A stretch of 64,000 bases of DNA. Origin: Candidatus Sysuimicrobiota bacterium CSP1-3 (GTDB lineage Bacteria > Sysuimicrobiota > Sysuimicrobiia > Sysuimicrobiales > Humicultoraceae). How positions within the stretch are numbered: position 1 is the first letter of the stretch; every line of letters starts with the position of its first letter. The notes under the pieces were generated by a model. The model did no database searches. It was not told the DNA's origin and saw nothing but the letters and a program-made list of their open reading frames with translations. Both the position numbers and the translations under genes were made by a program. The stretch lies in assembly GCA_001443485.1 (NCBI GenBank), contig LDXQ01000003.1, positions 20,473-84,472 on the forward strand. Direction: 5' to 3'. Positions 1-8,886 of this stretch are shown piece after piece.

Positions 1-581
1 GTCGCGTCGACGGCAAACCCGCCGGCGGTGCCCACGCGGGCGATCAGGAACCCGGCCGCGGCCGGTGCGGCCACCAGCACGATCTGGTTGGCCATCTGGT
101 TCAGCGCATTCGCCGGGCGCAGCAGCCTGGCGTCCACGAGTTCCGGGGTGATCGCCGAGGCGGCGGGAAAGAAGAAAGCCTGGACGATCCCAAAGAGGAG
201 CGCCAGCGCGTAGACGGCCGGCAGGGTGATCCGGTCGGTCGCCGTGAGCGCGGCGATGGTCCCCACGACGACCGCGCGGAAGAGATCCGAGAAGAGCATG
301 ACCGTGCGCGGCCGCAGGCGGTCGCTGGCCACGCCGCCGAAGAGCATGAGGATGGACCGCGGGATCGCCTGCAGCATCAGGACCGTGCCGAGCGCCCCGC
401 TGCGTCCCGTCAGCGTAAGGACCAGCCAGGAGAGGGCCACGAACTTGAACTGGTCCCCGACGAGCGAGATCGTTTGCCCGATCCAGAGGTTCCGGTAGTT
501 GCGGACGCGGAGCGGCGCCAGCAGGGCGATGCCCGTGGTCGCCCGCGCGGCCTCCCCATCCCGATCCTGGACACTCTCCAC
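1..581 (-). CDS. MFS transporter, N-terminal part (gene continues past the window start)
   Basis: The reverse strand reads VESVQDRDGEAARATTGIALLAPLRVRNYRNLWIGQTISLVGDQFKFVALSWLVLTLTG...FGGVASDRLRPR...LLFGIVQAFFFPA, a typical MFS N-terminus. The GTG start is the complement of 579-581. It is absent from the ORF track because there is no stop inside the window. Confidence 0.7.
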   Translation of the reverse strand, partial: MESVQDRDGEAARATTGIALLAPLRVRNYRNLWIGQTISLVGDQFKFVALSWLVLTLTGRSGALGTVLMLQAIPRSILMLFGGVASDRLRPRTVMLFSDLFRAVVVGTIAALTATDRITLPAVYALALLFGIVQAFFFPAASAITPELVDARLLRPANALNQMANQIVLVAAPAAAGFLIARVGTAGGFAVDA

Positions 582-665
582 GGCTTCGGCCACAGTGCCT
601 CCTCACCCCAATCGACCCGTGGTCGCGTGCAGTGTAGCAAAGGCGGGCGGACGGTGGCGAGCCGT

Positions 666-674
666 TGCTACAAT
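666..674 (+). promoter_or_regulatory. Extended -10 promoter element (TGcTACAAT) upstream of the GTPase gene
   Basis: TGCTACAAT lies at 666-674 and the ATG at 687 is only 12 nt downstream of the hexamer. There is no clear -35 and no Shine-Dalgarno. Confidence 0.35.
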
Positions 675-686
675 AAGCGCGAGACG

Positions 687-1664
687 ATGCCCGCCAACCT
701 GACCCCCGACTACCGGGCCGCCGAGCGGAAGTGGAAGGAGGCCACCACTCCGCCGGACAAGCTGGCCGCCCTCGAGGAGATGCTGGCGACGATCCCCAAG
801 CACAAGGGGACGGAAAAGATGCAGGCGGACATCAAGCGCCGCATCGCCAAGACGCGCAGCGAGATGCAGCAGCGGCGCAAGGGGGCGGTCCGGCAGAAGC
901 CCTTCTACCACGTGGAGAAGGAGGGCGCCGGCCAAGTCGTCCTGGTGGGCGCGCCGAATGCCGGCAAGTCCTCGATCCTGCGCGCGCTTTCCCGCGCCGA
1001 GCCGGAGGTCGCCGACTACCCCTTCACCACGCGGGTCCCGCTGCCGGGCATGGTCTCCTTCGAGAACGTCCAGATCCAGCTGGTGGACCTGCCGCCGCTC
1101 ACAGTGGACCTCAGCGAGGGGTGGCTCTACGGTATCATCCGCTCCGCCGATGCCGTCCTGATTATCGTGGACCTGGGAGATGAGGACGTACTCAGCCAGA
1201 CGCAGACGGTCCTGGACCTGCTCGAGACGGCGAAGATCCCGCTGCGGTCGCCGGTTTCTCCGTCAAACTCCGCCAAGCCCGCGGTCTTCGTCGGGCTGAA
1301 GGTCGATGCGCCGGGGGCGCGAGAGCGGCTCGCCCTCTTCGAGGAGTCCTTCGGGTCGCGCCTCCCCGTGCTTCCCGTTTCCACCGTGACCGGCGAGAGC
1401 ATGGAGGCGCTGCGGCGGCGGTTGTTTGACCTGCTGGAAGTGATCCGCGTTTACAGCAAGCCGCCGGGGAGGAGGGCCGACCTGACCGCGCCGTTCGTGC
1501 TCAAGCGCGGCGCCACGGTGCTCGACGCCGCCGAGACGATCCACAAGGACTTCGTGGAACGCCTGAAGTACGCTCGTCTCTGGGGCCGGGACGAGTATTC
1601 CGGTCAGATGGTGAGTCGCGATCACGTCCTCGAAGACGGTGACGTGATCGAGATCCATGTATAG
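687..1664 (+). CDS. OBG-superfamily, DRG-like GTP-binding protein with C-terminal TGS domain
   Basis: Internal ATG 687 (MPANLTPDY) of ORF 474..1664. The N-terminal helix KHKGTEKMQADIKRRIAKTRSE is DRG-like. G1 is GAPNAGKSS and G2 is YPFTT. G3 reads DLPP and G4 reads LKVD. The C-terminus is TGS-like (VLKRGATVLDAAETIHKDF...GDVIEIHV). Confidence 0.85.
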   Translation: MPANLTPDYRAAERKWKEATTPPDKLAALEEMLATIPKHKGTEKMQADIKRRIAKTRSEMQQRRKGAVRQKPFYHVEKEGAGQVVLVGAPNAGKSSILRALSRAEPEVADYPFTTRVPLPGMVSFENVQIQLVDLPPLTVDLSEGWLYGIIRSADAVLIIVDLGDEDVLSQTQTVLDLLETAKIPLRSPVSPSNSAKPAVFVGLKVDAPGARERLALFEESFGSRLPVLPVSTVTGESMEALRRRLFDLLEVIRVYSKPPGRRADLTAPFVLKRGATVLDAAETIHKDFVERLKYARLWGRDEYSGQMVSRDHVLEDGDVIEIHV

Positions 1665-1665
1665 C

Positions 1666-1709
1666 GCCGAGGGGTGGTGGCCGAAGGGCCACCCCCCCTC
1701 GGCGTTTCA
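1666..1709. terminator. GC-rich hairpin between convergent genes (Rho-independent-like)
   Basis: GCCGAGGGGTGGTGGCC-GAAG-GGCCACCCCCCCTCGGC followed by GTTTC. It sits between the GTPase stop (1664) and the VOC stop (1721). Confidence 0.55.
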
Positions 1710-1720
1710 GGCCGTATTCG

Positions 1721-2092
1721 CTACATCGCCCTTTGGCCCGGCAAGCTCTGCCACAGAAAGAGCACCGTGCCCTGCGGATCGGAGAAGGCGGCCCACGAGC
1801 CGAACCCGGGGACTTCCTTCTTGGGTTTGACGACCTTGCCGCGGGCTTTCTTGACCTCCTTCAGTTTGGCATCGATGTCCGCGACCTCGATATAGGCCTG
1901 GACAACCGGGCGCTTCGGGACCTGCTTCACCCTGTTGATCCCTCCGCCAACCCCGCCGCCCGGCGGGGAGAAAAGAGTGTAATCCTTCCCGGCGTCCTGA
2001 AACTGCCAGCCGAAGACCTTGCCGTAGAAGTCCTTCGCCCGGCGCAGGTCGCGCGCGGGGATCTCCACGTGGACGAAGCCATGCATCGCCAT
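1721..2092 (-). CDS. VOC (glyoxalase/bleomycin-resistance) family protein
   Basis: GFVHVEIPARDLRRAKDFYGKVFGW...AFSDPQGTVLFLWQ is the classic VOC fold signature. Confidence 0.85.
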   Translation of the reverse strand: MAMHGFVHVEIPARDLRRAKDFYGKVFGWQFQDAGKDYTLFSPPGGGVGGGINRVKQVPKRPVVQAYIEVADIDAKLKEVKKARGKVVKPKKEVPGFGSWAAFSDPQGTVLFLWQSLPGQRAM

Positions 2093-2182
2093 TCCCTCCT
2101 GAACGGTGTGATTGTGCTGGGGCAGGCGACTAGTTCGCTGCCGCCGCGGTCTTTCCCTGGAGACGCCGCCGGCGGACTGTCG

Positions 2183-3979
2183 CTATCGAGCCAGATCCTG
2201 GCGAGGGATGAGGACCTGCTGCGCCTCCACGTCCCACAAGCCGCGGTAGGTCAGACGCAAGTCCGGCAGAGAGTCGAACGAAAGGAACAGCAGCGTGTAG
2301 CCGATGTCCCCGTGCCGGTGACCGCGTTCGCGGAGGAGCTGGGTGAGGCGGCGGAGGGAACCTGCCACGACCGGCAGCGGCTCGGGCGAGAAGAGGCCGA
2401 GGACAGGCAGGGCGAACTCGAAGCGCACCGCGCCGTCCTCCACCAGGACGATGCCGCCGCCCAGTTCCAGCACCTTGCGGGCCGCGCGGGCCATTGCCCG
2501 GGGATCCTGTCCGATCACCGTGACCCCGCCGGCGATACCGAAGGTCGAAGCGAGCGCACCGATGCGGTCGGCGAACCCGCTGATCAGGGCCCGGGAGATC
2601 CACTGCCCCGCGTGATCGACTAGCGCAATCGTCTGCACCCCCGCCGGGAGGCGCCCGCCGGTCACCGGGATGTCAACGCGGCGCGTGATTACCTCGTTCT
2701 CCAGGTGTATCGCCGGGACGACGCCGCCGGGCGGCAGGGCGAACAGGTCAGGGGTCGGCTCCCAGGACGGGAAGTAGCGGCGCGGGAGCAGCGCCGGCCA
2801 ATCCGGCTCCGGCAGGGTGATCGTGAGCGCGCCGCCCTCGGCGACGATTCGGCCGCCGGCGAGCACCATCTCCGGGCGGGGCGTCTCCAGGTTCCGGATG
2901 ACGTTGATGTCGGCGAACCGGCCGGGCGCGATCCCGCCCAGGTCTTCGTCGAGGCCGTAGTAAGTGGCCGGGTTAATGGTGGCCAGTTGATAGGCGGCGA
3001 CGGGATCGACCCCCGCCTCGATCGCGACGCGAATCAGGTAGTCCATATAGCCTTCGTCCGTGATGAAGGTGGCGCTGGGCCCGTCCGGCGTGAGCATCAG
3101 CCGCCCGGAGAAGGCCCGCGCCCCGGTCGCGACCGCCGCCAGCAGCGGCACGTCCCGCCGGATGGAGGAGTGCCGCAGCATCACGTACAGGCCGGCGCGA
3201 AGGCGGTCCAGCACCTGGTCGGGGGTGATCGCCTCATGGTCGCTGCTGATCCCGGCGGCGGCCAGCGCCTGCACGCGCTCGCCGGAGACACCGGGGGCGT
3301 GCCCCTCGACCCGCCGGCCCGCCGCGAGGGCCTCCGCGACCATGGCCGTGAGTCCCGGATCCCCGCCGTAGAGCAGGGGCCACCGGGTGATCTCGCCGAC
3401 CGTGCGCACGCTGTCCAAATGCATGAGAGCCCGGATCCGGTCGGGGCTGAAGAACTCCTCCTCCTGCGGGTGCGCCCCCTGCGCGTGCAGCCGGAGGAAC
3501 CAGTAGTAGCGCAGGGGGAGGGCGGAGAGTTGCTCCAGCACCTCGGTCGCCCGCGCGTGCCCACCGTGCGCCAGGATCCAGATGGTGTCGGCGACCACGG
3601 CGGTGGTGCCCAGCGGCAGCACAGCGGCGGCTAGGGCGGTCGGGCCGTAGAGCGCCACGGGATGGCAGTGCGGGTCGATATAGCCGGGCACCAGGGTCCG
3701 GCCCTCCAGGGGGCAGACCCGCGTTTGCGGTCCCACCATGCCGCGCCTCGTCCCGACGTACGCCACCCGGCCGCGGGCGATGGCGACGTTCGCCTCCAGC
3801 ACCTCGCCCGAGTAGACGTTCAGCACCCGCCCGCCCTCCAGGTAGAGATCGGCGGGCGCGTCGCCACGGGCCACCGCGGCCAGGGCGCGGAGGTCCTCAG
3901 CGGTCCGCGTGGTGCGGCGCATACCGGAGGACGAGGGTGCGGAGCCGGCAGCAGGGTCGCTCCGCGGGACGGCGTACAT
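2183..3979 (-). CDS. ade: Adenine deaminase (amidohydrolase superfamily)
   Basis: 598-aa ORF. It has the metal-binding motif PGYIDPHCHP, SSDHEA, and a C-terminal adenine-deaminase-type region (LVDHAGQWISRALISGF...VIGQD). An alternative start is at 3922. Confidence 0.85.
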   Translation of the reverse strand: MYAVPRSDPAAGSAPSSSGMRRTTRTAEDLRALAAVARGDAPADLYLEGGRVLNVYSGEVLEANVAIARGRVAYVGTRRGMVGPQTRVCPLEGRTLVPGYIDPHCHPVALYGPTALAAAVLPLGTTAVVADTIWILAHGGHARATEVLEQLSALPLRYYWFLRLHAQGAHPQEEEFFSPDRIRALMHLDSVRTVGEITRWPLLYGGDPGLTAMVAEALAAGRRVEGHAPGVSGERVQALAAAGISSDHEAITPDQVLDRLRAGLYVMLRHSSIRRDVPLLAAVATGARAFSGRLMLTPDGPSATFITDEGYMDYLIRVAIEAGVDPVAAYQLATINPATYYGLDEDLGGIAPGRFADINVIRNLETPRPEMVLAGGRIVAEGGALTITLPEPDWPALLPRRYFPSWEPTPDLFALPPGGVVPAIHLENEVITRRVDIPVTGGRLPAGVQTIALVDHAGQWISRALISGFADRIGALASTFGIAGGVTVIGQDPRAMARAARKVLELGGGIVLVEDGAVRFEFALPVLGLFSPEPLPVVAGSLRRLTQLLRERGHRHGDIGYTLLFLSFDSLPDLRLTYRGLWDVEAQQVLIPRQDLAR

Positions 3980-4079
3980 GAGACGGTGGAACCATCAGGG
4001 GAGACACGCATACATCTTCGTCGGGGATGATGGCGATTCCGCCATCCCCCTCGCTGCACAGAGGTCGGGAGGTGCGCGC

Positions 4080-4751
4080 ATGGAGCTGACCTATTTCGGC
4101 CACGCGAGTTTCCTGCTGCGGGCCGGTGATGGGACGACCATTCTCATCGATCCGTACGACACCAGCGTGGGTTATCCGCTGCCCGACGTCGCGCCCACGG
4201 CGGTGACGGTGTCGCACGAGCACTTCGACCACAACCACGTCCAGGCGGTGAAAGGGAACCCGAAGGTCATCCGCGGCCTGGCCCGGGAGGGAAAGGAGTG
4301 GGCGAAGGTTGACGAGTGGGTCGGCCGGGTGCGTCTCTCGACCGTGCCGACGTTCCACGATCCGAGCACCGGCGCCGAGCGCGGCCGCAACGCCATCTTC
4401 ATCTTCGAAGTGGACGGGATGCGGGTCGTTCATGCTGGCGACCTCGGCCACGCCCTCAATGCGGAGCAGGCCCGCGCCGTGGGCCGGCCCGACGTGTTGA
4501 TGATTCCCGTCGGCGGCTACTACACCATCGGCCCGGCGGAGGCTGAGGCCGTCATCGCCGCGCTGAACCCTCGCCTCGTCATCCCCATGCACTACAAGAC
4601 CGAGGTCAACGCGGGATGGCCGATCGGATCCATCGACGACTTCGTCCGCGACAAAGCGCAGGTCACCCGGCCGGGGCAGACGGTGAAACTGAGCCGGGAG
4701 ACGCTGCCTGCCGAACCGTCGATCTGGGTGCTGGCGCACCGGGGGGCGTGA
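4080..4751 (+). CDS. MBL-fold metallo-hydrolase
   Basis: Internal ATG 4080 (MELTYFGHASFLL) of ORF 3909..4751. It has the HEHFDH (HxHxDH) motif and a later HAGDLGH. Confidence 0.85.
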   Translation: MELTYFGHASFLLRAGDGTTILIDPYDTSVGYPLPDVAPTAVTVSHEHFDHNHVQAVKGNPKVIRGLAREGKEWAKVDEWVGRVRLSTVPTFHDPSTGAERGRNAIFIFEVDGMRVVHAGDLGHALNAEQARAVGRPDVLMIPVGGYYTIGPAEAEAVIAALNPRLVIPMHYKTEVNAGWPIGSIDDFVRDKAQVTRPGQTVKLSRETLPAEPSIWVLAHRGA

Positions 4752-4854
4752 CGATGGGCGGGAAGATCCTGACGAAACACCCCCAGCGCGGCAAGCAGGG
4801 CGACCACGGCGATAAGAGCGGCGGCGCCACTGGGTTCGGCAGGGCCCGGTCCCC

Positions 4855-6263
4855 TCATCCAGATCCATAAAGGCGACGGGCGCGATGTCCAGGTGCGCCC
4901 AGGGCTTGCCGCCGGTGAACTCTTTGAGAAAGGCCGCGCCCTTTTCCGGGGACCCCCAGCGCGAGGCGGAGTTCCGCAGGTCCGCGACCTTGCTCTTCAT
5001 CGCCTCGGTGAATTCCTCATAGAGCGGCAGCGGCCAGAGCCGCTCGCCGGCCTCCTCGCCCGCCTCGCGCAGCGCGTCCATGAGGCGCTGGTCGGTCCCC
5101 ATGATCGCTGCCGCGTGGGGGCCCAGGGCGATGCGCGCGCCGCCGGTGAGCGTGGCGACGTCGATGATCTCGTTGACGCGCTGCCCGGCCGCGTAGGCGA
5201 GGGCGTCGGCCAGCACCAGCCGCCCTTCGGCGTCCGTGTTGGTAATCTCGATGGTCTTGCCGTTCATCGCCTTGACGATGTCGCCGGGCTTCATCGCCGC
5301 CGGCCCGGGCATGTTCTCCACCGCGGCCGCGATTCCCAGCACGCGCACGTTCTTCACCGTCTGCGCCACCGCCGACATCACGCCCAGCACCGCGGCCGCG
5401 CCGGCCATGTCCTCCTTCATCGTGATCATGTCCTCGGGCTTCTTCAGATCCAGCCCGCCGCTGTCAAAGGTCAGCCCCTTCCCGACGATAGCCACGGTGC
5501 GGCGCGGGTTGGCCGGCGTATAGTCCATCACGATCAACCGCGGCTCTTCGGCGCTCCCTTTGGCCACCGCCAGCAGCGCATTCATCCCCAGGCGGGCGAG
5601 GCCGCCGGGCCCCAGCGTGGTCACGCGTAGCCCCGCCTGCTTCCCCACCTCGGTGGCCTTGTCGGCCAGCTTCGGTGGGGTCATCACGTTGGGCGGCTCG
5701 TTGGTCAGGTCGCGCGCCAGAACCGTCCCCTCAGCGAAGAGGCGGCCCTCCGCCAGCCCGCGCTCGGCAGCCCTTTGATGTGCGCGGTCTGCCAGCATCA
5801 GGTCGGCCCGAGTAATCGGGCGGCCGGGTTCGCTCTTGTAGCGCTCAAAGCGGTAGGCCCCGAGGATGATGCCTTCGACGCGCGCCTGCGTGAAGAGGCG
5901 CAGCCGGGCGTCGTGCTCCGGCAGGGGAGAGAAGGCCACGTGCGCCAGCCGCATTTCCACCGCGCGGCGGACCGCCGCGGCCGCGGCCGTGCGCACCGTC
6001 TCGGGGGACTGCGTCTTCTCCGGGCCCAGGCCGACGACGACGATGCGCTTGGGCTTCACCCGGCCGTGGGTGTGCACGACCACGGTGCGGCCCAATTTGC
6101 CGGTGAAGCCCTCCTCCTGCAGCGCCTGCTGCAGTCCCCGGCCCAGCGCTCGGTCCAGCGACGCTACCGGTCCATCCAGTTTGCCCAACGGTTCGTGCAG
6201 ACCCACCGCCAGCGCGTCGCAGGCATGGCTGGTGAGTGGCTTGACGACGATATGGAATTCCAT
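4855..6263 (-). CDS. pepA: Leucyl aminopeptidase, M17 family (3' end unresolved)
   Basis: M17 motifs are VGKGLTFDSGGLDLK, NTDAEGRLVLADAL and WAHLDIAP. The conserved sequence ends near 4880, but the computed ORF has no stop until 3897 (788 aa). The 4855 end is a placeholder; see the finding. Confidence 0.8.
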
Positions 6264-7222
6264 CAGTAACCGATCTCCTCTCCCCGGCCCGTCTGTTTGG
6301 CTTGCGTGTACACCCGGTGCATCGTGGCCACGTCCTCGAGCGCGATCCCCAGGGACTCGAAGAGGGTGACCTCTCCGTCGTCGTGCCGGCCCGGCACCGC
6401 GCCCGCCACCACCGCTCCCAGTTCCGCCACGCGGTCCCAGGAGAGGCGGCCTTCGTGGATCGGCGCCAGCAGATCCCCCGCTTCTGCCAGCGCCTGCTCT
6501 TTGGAGTCGACGACGATCCGATCCGCGCGGGCGACGGCCTCGCTGTCCAATTCACGGCGGTTGGCCGCGTTCGAGCCCACGGCGTTGACGTGGACCCCCG
6601 GGCGGAGCCAGGCCCCCAGCACTACCGGGTCCCGCGCGTTCGTGATGGTGACGACGATATCGACGTCCTGCACGGCCTCTTCCGCCGAATCGACCGCCAC
6701 GACCTCCGCGCCGAGCTCCCGTACCATCTCTGCGGCGAAGGTCTCCCGGCGCTGCGGGTTCCGGCTGTAGGCCTTCACCAGCGCCACCGGCCGCACCCGG
6801 GCGATCGCCGTCAGTTGGGTCTTGGCCTGCCACCCCGTCCCGATGATGCCCACCGCGCCGGCGTCGGCCCGGGCCAGGTACTTCGTCGCCACCGCGCTCG
6901 CCGCCCCGGTGCGCAGTCGCCCCAGGGTGTCGGCCTCCATCATCGCCAGGAGATCGCCCGTCTCGGCACTGTAGAGGAGGGAGATGAACCGCCGGCCTTC
7001 GGGGGTGACGGCGTAACTCTTGAGCCCGAGGACGCCCCAATCCGGAATGCCCGCGGCCATGACGTGGAGGGTTCCGCCTTCCACGACGATGCGCTGCCGC
7101 GGCCGGTTGACCGCGCGTCCGGTTCCGTATTCGCGAAAGCTGCGCTCGACGGTGTCGATAACGTCGTCGATTCCGACGAGAGCGGCCACATCCGCTTCGC
7201 GGAGGAAGAGGGCCACGGCCAA
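6263..7222 (-). CDS. Ornithine cyclodeaminase / mu-crystallin family protein
   Basis: 319 aa with a Rossmann motif GIIGTGWQAKTQ and OCD-family signatures (LGRLRTGAASAVATKYLA, NAVGSN). Its stop overlaps the pepA start by 1 nt. Confidence 0.85.
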   Translation of the reverse strand: MAVALFLREADVAALVGIDDVIDTVERSFREYGTGRAVNRPRQRIVVEGGTLHVMAAGIPDWGVLGLKSYAVTPEGRRFISLLYSAETGDLLAMMEADTLGRLRTGAASAVATKYLARADAGAVGIIGTGWQAKTQLTAIARVRPVALVKAYSRNPQRRETFAAEMVRELGAEVVAVDSAEEAVQDVDIVVTITNARDPVVLGAWLRPGVHVNAVGSNAANRRELDSEAVARADRIVVDSKEQALAEAGDLLAPIHEGRLSWDRVAELGAVVAGAVPGRHDDGEVTLFESLGIALEDVATMHRVYTQAKQTGRGEEIGY

Positions 7223-7239
7223 GAGTGTAGCACAGCGGT

Positions 7240-8130
7240 CTAGACGGTCAGCCCGGGAAGGACCACCCCCAGGAAGGCTTGGAGGGCGGCCGGGGCCGGC
7301 TGGGGGGCGTCCACATAACGCTGCCAGGTGTGGCGGAGGTGGGTGACCGCCTCGGGGTCGGCCGCCAGCCCCAGCGCCGGCTCCTCCCAGGGGGTGACCT
7401 CCACCCGCAGGGCCAGCTCGTCACAGTGGTCCAGGGCGGCGTCCAGGAAGGCATGCAGGGAACGGCCGTCCAGGTCCGGCCAGACCCGCCCGCTCCGATC
7501 CTCGTAGACGGCCACCAGCGTCTTGCTCAACGCGGCCAGGGCGGCCAGGGCGCGCACCGTCCCCCAGCGGACCTGAATGTTCTCCGGGTCGGCGGCGGCC
7601 GCCCACCCGCCGAGGTCCCGCGCCCAGGCCTCCACGCCCCCCAGGCAGCGGCCCACGACCTCGTGCAGGGTCTCCAACGCCGGCGGCTGCCGGTTGGCCA
7701 GGACCACCAGGGCCACGGCCGCCTCGCGCACCTTGTAGGCCTGCGGCGGGGTAGTGATGCGTGGCATCACCACCTGCTTCGCGAAGAGGTCCTCCACGAG
7801 GACCGCGGTCCCGGGGAGGCTGCCGTACCGGTCCAGCCGGCCCGCGAGATTGCGCGCCATCCGGACGCGCAGCGCCGGGCCGAGGGTTTCAAACGCCGCC
7901 GTCACCAGCCACAGGGGGATGAAGATGAGGGCCAGCCAGACCACCAGGATGAAGAACCAGCGGTCGGTTCCCCGCCCCGTGGCAGTCAGGAAAAGCATCG
8001 TGAGGCCGAACCCGCCGAGTGCCAGCGCCGCGAGCCAGCCGATCGCCCGCCGCCGCTCACGGGCGTCGCCCAGCCGGGACAGCCAGAAGGGAACCCGCAC
8101 GCCGCTCATCTTCTCCGATGGTGGGGCCAT
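7240..8130 (-). CDS. Hypothetical membrane protein
   Basis: 296-aa ORF with two N-terminal hydrophobic helices (IGWLAALALGGFGLTMLFL; WFFILVVWLALIFIPLWLV). It is co-directional with the OCD and pepA genes. No family was recognised. Confidence 0.5.
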   Translation of the reverse strand: MAPPSEKMSGVRVPFWLSRLGDARERRRAIGWLAALALGGFGLTMLFLTATGRGTDRWFFILVVWLALIFIPLWLVTAAFETLGPALRVRMARNLAGRLDRYGSLPGTAVLVEDLFAKQVVMPRITTPPQAYKVREAAVALVVLANRQPPALETLHEVVGRCLGGVEAWARDLGGWAAAADPENIQVRWGTVRALAALAALSKTLVAVYEDRSGRVWPDLDGRSLHAFLDAALDHCDELALRVEVTPWEEPALGLAADPEAVTHLRHTWQRYVDAPQPAPAALQAFLGVVLPGLTV

Positions 8131-8243
8131 CCCCTCGGCCGCGGCCCGAATGTGACAGAGTTCACGGCCCGACGTGACTCCGCCGTGACAGTCGGATGGG
8201 CACTCTCGGAGCAGCGAAGGGGGTTCGTCTCGAGGGAACTGTG

Positions 8244-8819
8244 ATGAAGATCCTGACGCTCGCCACCACCATGGTCCTGCTCGCCCCGGCGGCCCTGCCG
8301 GTCGGCGCCTTCGACCTGCGGCCGCCGGAGAGCCGGGTGGAGTTCGTCGTGAAGGACAACCGCGGCGGATTCACCGGCGAAACTCGGGAGGTCAGCGGGA
8401 CGGTGACCGTGCGGGAGCGCGACGGGGGCTACGCCGCCGACGTCGAGGTCAAGGTCGACGCCCGCACCATCCGCACCGGCGCGACCCTGCGCGACGCGCA
8501 GATGCGCAGCCCCGCCTTCCTCAACACCACCGCCTTTCCGTTCATCACCTTCAGCGGTACGGTCACCGTGGGGGGGCCCGCACCGCCGCAGTTCAAGGGC
8601 GCGACGCGCGGGCGGCTGAGCATCAAGAACGTGACCCGAGACGTGGAGGTGCCGATAGAGATCACAGTCGAAGGCAACACCTATACGGCGCGGGGCGAAG
8701 TGGTCGTCAAGTTCACCGACTTCGGCCTCCCCATCCCGCGCTTCCTCATCTTTGTCGCCGAGGATTCCATCCTCATCAGACTGCAGGTCCGGTTGCGCCC
8801 CAAGGGTCCGTCCTCTTAA
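8244..8819 (+). CDS. YceI family periplasmic protein
   Basis: Internal ATG 8244 (MKILTLATTMVLLAPAALPVGA signal peptide). It has YceI-like FVVKDNRGGFTG...AFLNTTAFPFITF. Confidence 0.75.
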   Translation: MKILTLATTMVLLAPAALPVGAFDLRPPESRVEFVVKDNRGGFTGETREVSGTVTVRERDGGYAADVEVKVDARTIRTGATLRDAQMRSPAFLNTTAFPFITFSGTVTVGGPAPPQFKGATRGRLSIKNVTRDVEVPIEITVEGNTYTARGEVVVKFTDFGLPIPRFLIFVAEDSILIRLQVRLRPKGPSS

Positions 8820-8886
8820 ACGCGCGGGCGCCGCGTCCAGAGCCACGCAAGGGAGAGCCCGCTCGCACCCCGAATCAAGAGGAGCC

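Noticed and set aside
3897-4854. C-terminal ~320 codons of the 788-aa minus-strand ORF (3897..6263)
   Set aside because: The sequence is low-complexity Arg/Pro/Gly-rich with no family motif. It is antisense to a well-supported MBL hydrolase gene (HEHFDH). It was treated as read-through caused by stop-codon scarcity or a frameshift, not as coding sequence.
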